The notes beneath the pieces are model-generated. The model was not told the DNA's origin, searched no databases, and saw only the letters and a list, made by a program, of their open reading frames with translations. A stretch of DNA of 64,000 nt from Desulfurivibrio sp. (GTDB lineage: Bacteria; Desulfobacterota; Desulfobulbia; Desulfobulbales; Desulfurivibrionaceae): positions 61,766-125,765 of the forward strand of contig JAXHLI010000011.1 of NCBI GenBank assembly GCA_034522365.1, read 5' to 3'. Shown here in pieces: positions 1 through 8,489 of the stretch. The position numbers and the translations under genes were made by a program. The number at the start of each line of letters is the position of its first letter. The first letter of the stretch is position 1.

Positions 1-715
1 TGGCCGGTCGCGCCGTTTCTCTTTTTTGCGGCTTGTCGGCCGAGTGCAGCAGACGGCCATCCTCCAGGGTGTAAATAAGCTCGGCCTCTCCCTCCACCTT
101 GGGGTCGTGGGTGGAGAAGATGAAGGTGGTGGCGAATTCGTCCCGCATCCGCTTCATCAACTCGATCACCCGCAGGGCCGTCTGGTGGTCGAGGTTGGCG
201 GTGGGCTCGTCGGCCAGTACCAACCGGGGCCGGCCCACCAGGGCCCGAGCCACCGCCACCCGCTGTTTCTGACCGCCGGAGATTTGATCCGGGTACTTGT
301 CCGCCTGGGCTTCCATCCCCACCGCCGTCAGCAGGGTGGCGACCCGCTGACGGCGCTCGGCAGCCGGCAGGTCAAGCACCATCTGCAGCGGATACTCGAT
401 ATTCTCCGCCACCGTCAGCACCGGTAGCAAGTTGAAATCCTGGAAGATAAAGCCGATATGCTGCCCCCGGAAGCGGGCGGCGGCCCGGCGATTAAGCCCG
501 GCCAGATCGACACCGGCCACTGCCAGATAACCGCCGCTGGGCTTGTCGAGCCCCCCGATCAGGTTAAGAAGGGTGGTCTTGCCGCTGCCCGAGGGACCGA
601 CAAAGGAGACAAAAGAGGCCTCGGTGATCGTGAAGCTCACCTTTTCCAGGGCCTGTACCCGCACCTCGCCGGCCTGATATTCCTTGCCGAGATCCTGCGC
701 CACCACCAGTTGCAT
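1..715 (-). CDS. ABC transporter ATP-binding protein, LolD/MacB-like (3' end runs off the window)
   Basis: Manual translation from ATG 715: MQLVVAQDLGKEY..., Walker A GPSGSGKTT, IGFIFQDFNL, signature ISGGQKQRVAVARAL, Walker B LVLADEPTANLD, H-loop STHD; no stop before position 1. Confidence 0.93.
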   Translation of the reverse strand, partial: MQLVVAQDLGKEYQAGEVRVQALEKVSFTITEASFVSFVGPSGSGKTTLLNLIGGLDKPSGGYLAVAGVDLAGLNRRAAARFRGQHIGFIFQDFNLLPVLTVAENIEYPLQMVLDLPAAERRQRVATLLTAVGMEAQADKYPDQISGGQKQRVAVARALVGRPRLVLADEPTANLDHQTALRVIELMKRMRDEFATTFIFSTHDPKVEGEAELIYTLEDGRLLHSADKPQKRETARPA

Positions 716-899
716 GGGTCTTTCTCCGGGTTATCGCCACCGCCTTATCGCGGTCCTGCCGTCTTCCTCAAAGACCTTGATCGCTCAAGCAAAGCCACGC
801 TCCGGAGCGATCATCCATGCTCACTATAGAGAAAAACCCCGGGAAACAGAAACTTTTTTTTCGGCGCGGCGGTGGCTGCTTCTTGTGGTCGCTTCGGGA

Positions 900-2669
900 T
901 CAGGTGATGCGGATGGAGGCGGTCTGGTCGCTGATGCCCTTTTTGATCACCTCTTTGTTGTAGGCGGCGATCACGTCCCGGCGTTTGAGCATGCCCAGCA
1001 CCCAGCGGTTGTCGTTGGCTTCCACCACCGGAATCTCGTCCAGGCCCTTGGCATCGAAGAGGCTCATGGCGGTATAGAGATTGTCATCCGGGGTTAGAAC
1101 CGAGACCTCGCGGGTACAGATATCGCCCACCCGGGCGCAGCAGCGCAGTTGTCGGTCGTGGAGCACGTTCTTGACATCCTGCAGGGAAATGATTCCGGTC
1201 ATGCGGCCGCTTTCGTCGATCACCGGAAAATAGAAGCTGTCCTTGGCCTGGCTGAAGATCTGCAACAGTTGATCGGCGTTGGCCTCTTCGCTGATGAAAT
1301 CAACATCACCGCTGACCAGCCTCCCCACCGGAATCGACTCCATTAGCGCGACTTCCCGGCCTTCGGTGATGTCGATCCCCTCGCGGCTGAAGTCCACGGT
1401 GTCGATGGAATTGGGGTTAAGCCGGCCGGCGACCATGGTGCCGATGATGCTGCAGAGCATGATGGGGATGATAATCAGGTAGTTGCCGGTCATCTCAAAG
1501 AGCAAGAAGATGGCGGTCAGCGGGGCGTGGGTGCTGGCCGCCAGAAAAGCGCCAATGCCCACCGTGGCGTAGGCGCCCGGATTGGCCGTGTGCTGGGGCA
1601 GCAATTGGTGAACCACGGTGCCGAAGGCCCCGCCGCTGACCGCCCCGAGAAAGAGGGCCGGCGCGAAAACCCCGCCGGCCCCGCCTCCCCCCAGGGTCAG
1701 ACCGGTGGCCACCATTTTGAGCAAGATCAAGGCCAGCATCACCGCCAATACGCCTTCGCCGGCCAGTACCTTTTCGATGTAATGGTAACCGTCGCCCATT
1801 ACCTGGGGGAAAGCGATGGCCAGCCCCCCCACCGCCAGGCCGCCCAGTACCGGCTTGAGCTGGGGATGGAGCTTGAGGGCGGCAAACCGGTCGCGCAACC
1901 GGTAAAAGATGGCGATATAGAGCACCGCCAGCAAACCGATAATCACCCCCAGCAAGGAATAGAGGGGGATTTCCAGCAGGGGGTTAAGCAGGGTGTAGTC
2001 AGGCACGGAAAAGGCCGGTGAGTCGCCGTAATAGGCCCGGGAAACCACGGTGGCCATGGCCGAGGCTACCACCAGGGCGGCAAAGGAATCCAGGGCGTAG
2101 GTTCTCAGCAGGACGATTTCGGCGGCGAAGAAGACCCCGGCGATGGGCGCGTTGAACATCGCCGCCACGCCCCCGGCGGCCCCGGCGGCGATAAAGACCT
2201 TCATCAGATTACCGGAAACCCGGAAAGTCTGGCCGATGCGGGAGCCGATGGTGCCGCAAACCTGGGCGATGGGGCCTTCCACCCCGGCGGAACCGCCGCT
2301 GCCAATGGTCAGCGCGCAGGCCATGATCTTGGCGAAAATGGTCCGCAGGCGGATGATGCCGGCTTCCAGGTTGACCTGCCGGAGAAAGCGGGGAAAGTTG
2401 TAGCCGTTGATCTCACCGGGGAACAGCAGGGAGAGGGGGATCAGCAACAGCATGCCGAAAGCGGGCAACAGTGGCAGCAACAGCGCCCGCCAGCCGCCCT
2501 GGCCGATGCCCAGCAGTTGCTGGCCGCCGACCAGGATCAGGGCGTGGACCCCCTCCAGCACCGCCCGGAAGAAGATGCTCAAGGCGCCGGCCAGCAGGCC
2601 GATGATGGCGGCGATGGCCAGCAGGCGAAAATTTTTGCCGGGCAGCATTGTTTGTAAACGTAGGTTCAT
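900..2669 (-). CDS. CLC-family anion channel/transporter with C-terminal CBS pair
   Basis: GSAGVEGP, FNAPIAG, GGVFAP and FEMTGNY motifs, many TM helices, CBS repeats (FPVIDE..GIIS; IPVVE..LGML). Confidence 0.92.
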   Translation of the reverse strand: MNLRLQTMLPGKNFRLLAIAAIIGLLAGALSIFFRAVLEGVHALILVGGQQLLGIGQGGWRALLLPLLPAFGMLLLIPLSLLFPGEINGYNFPRFLRQVNLEAGIIRLRTIFAKIMACALTIGSGGSAGVEGPIAQVCGTIGSRIGQTFRVSGNLMKVFIAAGAAGGVAAMFNAPIAGVFFAAEIVLLRTYALDSFAALVVASAMATVVSRAYYGDSPAFSVPDYTLLNPLLEIPLYSLLGVIIGLLAVLYIAIFYRLRDRFAALKLHPQLKPVLGGLAVGGLAIAFPQVMGDGYHYIEKVLAGEGVLAVMLALILLKMVATGLTLGGGGAGGVFAPALFLGAVSGGAFGTVVHQLLPQHTANPGAYATVGIGAFLAASTHAPLTAIFLLFEMTGNYLIIIPIMLCSIIGTMVAGRLNPNSIDTVDFSREGIDITEGREVALMESIPVGRLVSGDVDFISEEANADQLLQIFSQAKDSFYFPVIDESGRMTGIISLQDVKNVLHDRQLRCCARVGDICTREVSVLTPDDNLYTAMSLFDAKGLDEIPVVEANDNRWVLGMLKRRDVIAAYNKEVIKKGISDQTASIRIT

Positions 2670-2703
2670 GGCGAAGTTAAGCGATGATTAAACCATAAAG
2701 CCA

Positions 2704-3855
2704 TCAGCCGCCGAACATCAGGCCTACCTGAGCCCATTGCGCGGAGGGGATTTCGCTGGCCAGTTTCAGGGCGCCGGCGGCGCCGATCCGCTCCGGATCA
2801 TCGACCCGGGTGACCCGGACCTCGCCGTAATCGCGCAGGGCGCTGGCGATCATGGTGTCCAGCCCACGGATTCGGGAGCCGCAGCCGGCCAGGTAGATAT
2901 GGCGCAGCACCTCCTCCTGGTCTTCGGGGTCAAAGGAGGCGATCAGGATTTCCAGTTGCTCGACGATATTGGGTACCATGCTCTCGCAGACCGTGCGCAG
3001 CTCCTCGGTGATGTCGAGTTGCACCGGCTTGCCTTCCACCCGCAGGGTGACCGTCACCGGGGTTTCCGGCTCGCCGACAAAGGCGTGTTCCTCCTTGAGC
3101 CGGCAGGCCAGGGGGAGGGTGAGCTGGGCGCCGGGATGGCGGCGGGTGATGGCCGCTTCCAGCCGTTCATCCAGGTAGTCGCCGCCCTTGAAGGTGGTTA
3201 TCTGATCCTCGGCCGCCGGCAGTGACCCCTTGACGCCGCAGATATCGACGGTGCCGGCCCCGATATCGACGATAATGGCCCGGTTGAGGCGTCCCAGGGC
3301 GTAGGCCACCATAAAGGGTTCGGAGACCACCAGGGCCCGGTCCATCACCTCGCGGGCGAGATCCAGCAACACCTCCTTGTTCATCAGCGAGGCCCGGGCT
3401 GGAACCCCGATCACGCCGTTGACTTCGACTCCGGGGTGGTCGGCTTTAATCAAGGCGACCAGGTGGTGGACCAGTTCCCTGGCCGCCCGGTAGTCCCGTT
3501 CACTGGCTTCTCGGATCACCCCTTCCGAGAGGGGTGAACAGAGTTCCAGAAAGTTGCGTTTATCCAGGGCTTCGGCGCCGAAGAGCGGGCCGTCGCCCAC
3601 CGCCTGCCGGCTGATAACATCCTTGGGATAGCCCACCACCGAGCGCAGTTCAAATTCCTGGCCGTTGTCGGCCAGGATCACGGTGCGGCAGGTGCCGAGA
3701 TCAATCCCCACCGTGAGCCGCCCGCCGCTTGCCGCTGGTACGGCGCGTTGCGGTGTGGTCTGCTCCGGCTCTCCGGCCGTTGCCGGGCTGTCGTCTGCAA
3801 CTGGTTCGGGGCTGTCGCTGGTATCGTTTACTTGTTCCTCGTCTGGAAACGCCAT
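2704..3855 (-). CDS. mamK: MamK-family actin-like ATPase (canonical copy) with acidic N-terminal extension
   Basis: GIDLGT, SVVGYPKDVI, VIGVPARAS, LVVSEPFMVAY, IIVDIGAGTVDIC, GSRIRGL and GALKLA closely follow MamK as recalled; ATG 3855 has a GAGAGG RBS (alternative GTG at 3894). Confidence 0.88.
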   Translation of the reverse strand: MAFPDEEQVNDTSDSPEPVADDSPATAGEPEQTTPQRAVPAASGGRLTVGIDLGTCRTVILADNGQEFELRSVVGYPKDVISRQAVGDGPLFGAEALDKRNFLELCSPLSEGVIREASERDYRAARELVHHLVALIKADHPGVEVNGVIGVPARASLMNKEVLLDLAREVMDRALVVSEPFMVAYALGRLNRAIIVDIGAGTVDICGVKGSLPAAEDQITTFKGGDYLDERLEAAITRRHPGAQLTLPLACRLKEEHAFVGEPETPVTVTLRVEGKPVQLDITEELRTVCESMVPNIVEQLEILIASFDPEDQEEVLRHIYLAGCGSRIRGLDTMIASALRDYGEVRVTRVDDPERIGAAGALKLASEIPSAQWAQVGLMFGG

Positions 3856-3905
3856 GGTCCGAATCCTCTCTGCTTTGGTTGGTTGCTTATCCACTTATTT
3901 AAAAT

Positions 3906-4484
3906 CTATGCGGGGCGCTGTTGGGCGGCGGCCAGCAAGTCCCGGACTACCCGGCCGGGCAGATAATGGCTGCCCTCGACATAGATCAGGCACTCCTCCA
4001 GTTCCCCGTGGGCGGTGGCCAGCTCCTCCTCCAGGGCCCGCCGTTGTTGCTCGGCGGCGGTGACCTGCTGCCGCAGCCGCGCCGTTTCCGTTTCCTGCTG
4101 GTGCAGCTTGTTCTCCAACTCGGGGATTTTATCATTTTCTGCCGTTATTTGCTTGAGTTGGAGCTGGTTTTCCTCCAAATGGCGGCTCAAGGCGCGGAAA
4201 TCCTGGTGGCTGCCCTCCAGGGTGGCGGTCAGGCTGGTTATTCTTTCCCGTAGAGTGGTGATCTCCTGCTCGCGGCGTTCGATCTCTTGCTGCTGGCTGT
4301 TTAGTTCGTCGTTTAGTCGTTGTTGCTCCGCCCCGTAATTTTTGATGGTCTGGCGGGTGGCCTCGTCGGCGGCCTCAATTTGTTGCCTGGCGTGGCGGAG
4401 CCGGCGCTGCTGTTGGAGCCAGACCGCACCGCCGCCCAGCAGGGCGCCGGTTACCAGGTACAGCAGAATCATGGATTCCATCAT
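3906..4484 (-). CDS. N-terminally membrane-anchored coiled-coil protein
   Basis: Single TM (ILLYLVTGALLGGGAVWL) followed by a long Q/E/L/R heptad-rich region; 4-nt overlap with the upstream actin gene. Confidence 0.85.
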   Translation of the reverse strand: MMESMILLYLVTGALLGGGAVWLQQQRRLRHARQQIEAADEATRQTIKNYGAEQQRLNDELNSQQQEIERREQEITTLRERITSLTATLEGSHQDFRALSRHLEENQLQLKQITAENDKIPELENKLHQQETETARLRQQVTAAEQQRRALEEELATAHGELEECLIYVEGSHYLPGRVVRDLLAAAQQRPA

Positions 4485-5560
4485 TTATCTCCGGCCAGTT
4501 GAATTTCGTGGTTCACGGTGAAATCGGCATCATGCCAGCGCTCCGGCGGTAATTCCGCCGCCAGGCGCAAGGCCCCCAGGGCGCCGGCGTATTCGGGCTC
4601 GGCGAGGGCGCTTACCCGCACCTGGCCATAGTCGGCCAGGGCTTGGGCCAGGGCTTGGGGCAGGCCCTGGATATGGGCGCCGCCGCCGGTGAGAAAAATG
4701 TTTTGTAAGACTTCATCAAGGTCCTCGGGGTCAAATTCGCGGAGAAGAGCAGTCAACCGTTCGGTGATTTCCGGCACCAGTCTCTGACAGACCAGCCCCA
4801 ATTCCTCGCTTAGATCGTATTGCCGGGGCTTGCCGGCCGCCCGCAGGGTCACCACCACCGGAGCAGGCGGGGAGCCCACGTAGGCGTGTTCCTCCTTGAT
4901 TCGCCGGGCCAGCTCCCGGGTCATCCGGACTTCGGGATAGCGCTGGTTGATCAGGCTTTGCAATTGTTGATCGAGATGATCGCCACCGTGGGGTAGAATC
5001 ACCCGTTCGTTGGTGGCGGGAACCCGGCCCCGGCAGGGGCAGATGGTGATACCCCCGGCGCCGATATCGATCAGCAGGCTGTTGTCCAGCCGCTCCAGAT
5101 GATAGGCCACCGGCAAGGGTTGGTCGACTAGCAGAAAAGCGGAGAGTAGCTCACCGGCAATGGTCGTCAGGGTTTGCCGGCCGCCGGCTTCCAGGGTGGC
5201 CGGCACCGCGATTACCCCGCTTACCCGTGCTGGCCGGTGGTCAACGTCGGTTTCGGCGGCGAGGGCCAGTGCGATGACGTGCCGCAGCAACTCCCCGGCG
5301 GCGTTGTAATCCTGACGCCGATCCTGGGCGATGGTGCCGTTGCTCAGGGGGTGGTAGAGGGTGAGGGCGCTTTTGTGTTCCAGGGCCCGGGCGCCAAAGA
5401 CCTGCGATTCCCCCAGGGTTTTCAGGGCAATGATATCCCGGGGGTAACCCACCACCGAATCGACCAGGTGACGGGCGCCGCGGTTGGAAACCACCGCCGT
5501 CCGGGCGGTGCCCAGATCGATACCCAACAGCAGCCGGTTTTCGGCCTCCGGTTTGCTCAT
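4481..5560 (-). CDS. Second, divergent MamK-family actin-like protein
   Basis: GIDLGTART, SVVGYPRDII, LIDIGAGG, IKEEHAYVG, LRAAGKP, QNIFLTGGG, GALRLAAELPP; catalytic-loop VSEP replaced by VDQP; ATG 5560 has a GGGGAG RBS (alternative ATG 5584). Confidence 0.85.
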   Translation of the reverse strand: MSKPEAENRLLLGIDLGTARTAVVSNRGARHLVDSVVGYPRDIIALKTLGESQVFGARALEHKSALTLYHPLSNGTIAQDRRQDYNAAGELLRHVIALALAAETDVDHRPARVSGVIAVPATLEAGGRQTLTTIAGELLSAFLLVDQPLPVAYHLERLDNSLLIDIGAGGITICPCRGRVPATNERVILPHGGDHLDQQLQSLINQRYPEVRMTRELARRIKEEHAYVGSPPAPVVVTLRAAGKPRQYDLSEELGLVCQRLVPEITERLTALLREFDPEDLDEVLQNIFLTGGGAHIQGLPQALAQALADYGQVRVSALAEPEYAGALGALRLAAELPPERWHDADFTVNHEIQLAGDK

Positions 5561-5624
5561 GTTCTCCCCTGTCAACTTGGTCATCGGTCAGAAATCAGGA
5601 CTTTTGCGAAGATAACGGATTACG

Positions 5625-5653
5625 ATCGTAGTGGTAAGCAGAGGTGATGTCAA
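5625..5653 (-). promoter_or_regulatory. Sigma70-type promoter of the actin operon
   Basis: Minus strand reads TTGACA-N17-TACGAT. Confidence 0.7.
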
Positions 5654-5735
5654 TATTAAAAAGAGCTCAACCAGGCCGCCGGCTCTCCGCGGAGGAGTGC
5701 GCATGTGGCGAGATGGTTCCGAACCGCACCTTTCT

Positions 5736-5789
5736 AAAAACGCCACCCCCGGTCGGCAGTCAACGGGACTGCCGACCGGGGGTGGCGTT
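5736..5789 (-). terminator. Intrinsic terminator downstream of SDMT
   Basis: Perfect 23-bp stem (5739-5761/5767-5789), 5-nt loop, ending in a T5 run on the minus strand. Confidence 0.8.
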
Positions 5790-5839
5790 GGTGGGCCCGT
5801 GGCGGTCAGGCCGCGACGGGGTTGTAGGTGGTTTACAGG

Positions 5840-6676
5840 TTACGGTTGGCGGAAGTGGAAAATACCCCAGGCCAGGTTGCCCTGTTTGGCGTTGTTGATC
5901 CAGTGGCCCAGGCCGGTTTTCATCCGGTCGATATAGGCCTGGCTAACGCCGGCTTCCCGGCACTGTTGTTCCAGCCGTTCCAGTTCCGCCAGTACCTTGC
6001 CGTAATGGTTGGCCAACTGGTGGGAGTGGTCCTCGAAGGCCACTTCCGTAAGGCCCAGCTTGGCGGCCTGCTGGCGATAGAAACCGGGAGAACCCAGCGA
6101 CGAGAGGTGGATCCGGTCATAAACCGGTTGCAGGGTGGCCGGATCGGCGTCGTCGGTCTGCATCGGGTCGGTGAAGATCAATTCCCCACCGGGTTTGAGC
6201 ACCCGGGCGGCCTCGGCGATCACCTTGGCCCGGTCGCCGGAATGGAGAAAGGCGTCCTGGGACCAGACCACGTCGAAAGTGGCGTCCTGGTAATGGAGGC
6301 TGGTGAAGTCGTCGTCCACCACCTCAATCAGGTTTTCCAGCCCCTGTTCGCGATTTTTCTGACGATCCCGCTCATTTTCCGCCTCGGAAAGATTGAGCGC
6401 CACGCACCGGCAACCGAAAGTCCGGGCCAGGTAGCGCATTGAACCGCCGTAGCCGGCCCCGAGATCCAGGACATAGCTATCCTTGCCCAGGTTCTGCAAA
6501 CGCTGGGCCATATGCGCCACGGTCCGCCGGCTGGCGGTGGCGATATCCTCATCGGGCGTCTCATAGAGTCCGATATGGAGATCCTCGCCGCCCCAGACGG
6601 TATGGTAGAAGATATCGGCATCGTCGCTGTTATAGTATTCCCGGGCCGTTTGTACGACATCATCATACTGGCTCAT
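5840..6676 (-). CDS. Sarcosine/dimethylglycine N-methyltransferase (SDMT)
   Basis: YYNSDDAD..YHTVWGGEDLHIG, VLDLGAGYGG SAM motif, WSQDAFLH, LAWGIFHF; adjacent to GSMT. Confidence 0.9.
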   Translation of the reverse strand: MSQYDDVVQTAREYYNSDDADIFYHTVWGGEDLHIGLYETPDEDIATASRRTVAHMAQRLQNLGKDSYVLDLGAGYGGSMRYLARTFGCRCVALNLSEAENERDRQKNREQGLENLIEVVDDDFTSLHYQDATFDVVWSQDAFLHSGDRAKVIAEAARVLKPGGELIFTDPMQTDDADPATLQPVYDRIHLSSLGSPGFYRQQAAKLGLTEVAFEDHSHQLANHYGKVLAELERLEQQCREAGVSQAYIDRMKTGLGHWINNAKQGNLAWGIFHFRQP

Positions 6677-6686
6677 GGTATCGCCC

Positions 6687-7508
6687 CTAAATTGTTTCCT
6701 GATCTTCTTCGATGTAGTGCTTTTCGGCGACGTGGATGTAAAAATCGGGCTGTTCGCCGCGGTATTTTTCTTTGAAGTCGCCGTAGGTGGTGATGGTCTG
6801 AAAACCGACCTGGAACATCAGTTTACGGGTATAATCCTTACGCAACGGGAACATATTGAGGTGATAGACCGAGCCGTCGGCAAAGGTGTAGCGGAAGCGG
6901 GCCAGGCCGTCGTCGACATGCTCGGGCTCGGCGGAGACATCGTCGCCGCAGTAGTAGAATTGATGCTTGTTGCCGTAGGAGCCGTCCAGCAGGGCGTCGT
7001 AATTGCGCTGGTCTAGGATCAGCAGGCCGTCATGCTTGAGCATGGCGTAAAACTCGGCCAGGGCCTTGCGGCGGTCATGTTCCCTGAACAGGTGGGTAAA
7101 ACTGTTACCCAGGCAGATGATGGCGTCGAATTCACCGTGGACGTCGCGGTTGAGCCAGCGCCAGTCGGCCATTACGGTGCGCAGGACATGGCCCCGTTTA
7201 CGGCCGTTATCAAAGGCCTTGAACAGCATCTCGGCGGAACCGTCGGCGGTGACCACCTCGAAACCGGCCTCGATCAGGCGGCAGGAGTGGAAACCGGTAC
7301 CAGAGGCCACATCGAGAACTTTTTTGACCCCGTGTTCCTTAAGGGTATCAATAAAGAAATCACCTTCGCTCTTCGCCCGGCTTTCCCAGTCGATCAAATC
7401 GTCCCATTTGTCGACGAATCCCTTGACGTATTCATCGGTGTAGTGGTCAGTATCACGCATTGCCACCGGGTCGGTACCAAACTCTTGTTTACTGGTTTTG
7501 GAAGACAT
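6687..7508 (-). CDS. Glycine/sarcosine N-methyltransferase (GSMT)
   Basis: FVDKWDDLIDWESR, VLDVASGTGFHS, ICLGNSFTHL, DQRNYD, YYCG motifs. Confidence 0.92.
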   Translation of the reverse strand: MSSKTSKQEFGTDPVAMRDTDHYTDEYVKGFVDKWDDLIDWESRAKSEGDFFIDTLKEHGVKKVLDVASGTGFHSCRLIEAGFEVVTADGSAEMLFKAFDNGRKRGHVLRTVMADWRWLNRDVHGEFDAIICLGNSFTHLFREHDRRKALAEFYAMLKHDGLLILDQRNYDALLDGSYGNKHQFYYCGDDVSAEPEHVDDGLARFRYTFADGSVYHLNMFPLRKDYTRKLMFQVGFQTITTYGDFKEKYRGEQPDFYIHVAEKHYIEEDQETI

Positions 7509-7754
7509 AGAACCTCACTTGTTTTATTTTAGCTGTACCGGAGCACCCGGTCCGGCCGCCGCTAAACGGCAGCCGCGGATCCCTCACGGCCCTGCACATT
7601 TCCCTTCGGGCTTCACCACCGGGCAATGGAAACAATTTCCCGCCCGGTTTTCAGTAAAGCAAGAAGAGAGAAAAAGGAAGAGATAAAGAGATAAGCAAGC
7701 ACTCTGTGCTGCTAATCATTCACGATTTTGGATGCTTTGTCAACCCCACCCCCT

Positions 7755-8477
7755 TCAGGGCGTCGGTAACTTGGCGTCCGATGGTCGAATATAGAGGGGA
7801 GCGGCAGTGGCCGGGGCCAGAAAATCCCGCCGCTGCCATTTGTCGAGTGCCAGTTGGCCCACGGCGGCGGCCCGGGGGAAAAAGAGGGTGGGCGGGGCGA
7901 AAATGGCCAATTCGGCTAATTGTTCCCGCAACTGTTCCCGGTACAGTTCGGCACCGCTGCCCAGTAGCAGGGTGGGGGTGGTGATCCGGACGGCCAACTC
8001 GGCCGGTGGCAGGGCCAGATAGTCGCTGGTGCGCCGCCCCACCGGCGCGGCGCGGTGCTCGGCGGTCGGGGAAAAACTGAAGAAAGCGCTGAAAACCTCA
8101 CCTTTGCGGGCGTCGATCAGGGGGCAGACCGGGTAGGGAGTAAAAGGGACCTGGGCCGCCAGGGCATCCAACGAACCGATCCCCAGCAGTGGCTTGCCGG
8201 TGGCCAGGGCCAGCCCCTTGACGCTGCTTAAGCCGATGCGCAGCCCGGTGAAGCTGCCGGGCCCCAGAGCCACGGCGATGCCGTCCAGTTGTGGCCAGTC
8301 GATTTCGCAGGCGGCCAGCAATCCTTCAATGGCGCTTAGCAGCCGCCGGGAGTGGGTACGGCGGGAGTGCAGGGAATACTCGCCCCGGCAGCCCTGGCCG
8401 TCCACCAGGGCGACACTGCCGCAGGCCCCGGTGGTTTCCACGGCCAGCAGCAAAGGAGATTGCCGTTGGGTTGACAT
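7755..8477 (-). CDS. tsaB: tRNA t6A biosynthesis protein TsaB
   Basis: LAVETT, THSRRL, GPGSFTGLRIG, IDARKGEVF, PLYIR. Confidence 0.95.
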   Translation of the reverse strand: MSTQRQSPLLLAVETTGACGSVALVDGQGCRGEYSLHSRRTHSRRLLSAIEGLLAACEIDWPQLDGIAVALGPGSFTGLRIGLSSVKGLALATGKPLLGIGSLDALAAQVPFTPYPVCPLIDARKGEVFSAFFSFSPTAEHRAAPVGRRTSDYLALPPAELAVRITTPTLLLGSGAELYREQLREQLAELAIFAPPTLFFPRAAAVGQLALDKWQRRDFLAPATAAPLYIRPSDAKLPTP

Positions 8478-8489
8478 CGCACGCTCGCC

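Noticed and set aside
2704-5560. Magnetosome island
   Set aside because: Only MamK-family genes are present; no other mam/mad/mms gene is recognisable and the flanks are housekeeping genes. The rest of the genome cannot be seen.
5655-5735. Riboswitch or ncRNA upstream of the actin operon
   Set aside because: Lies upstream of the predicted promoter and shows no recognisable aptamer motif.
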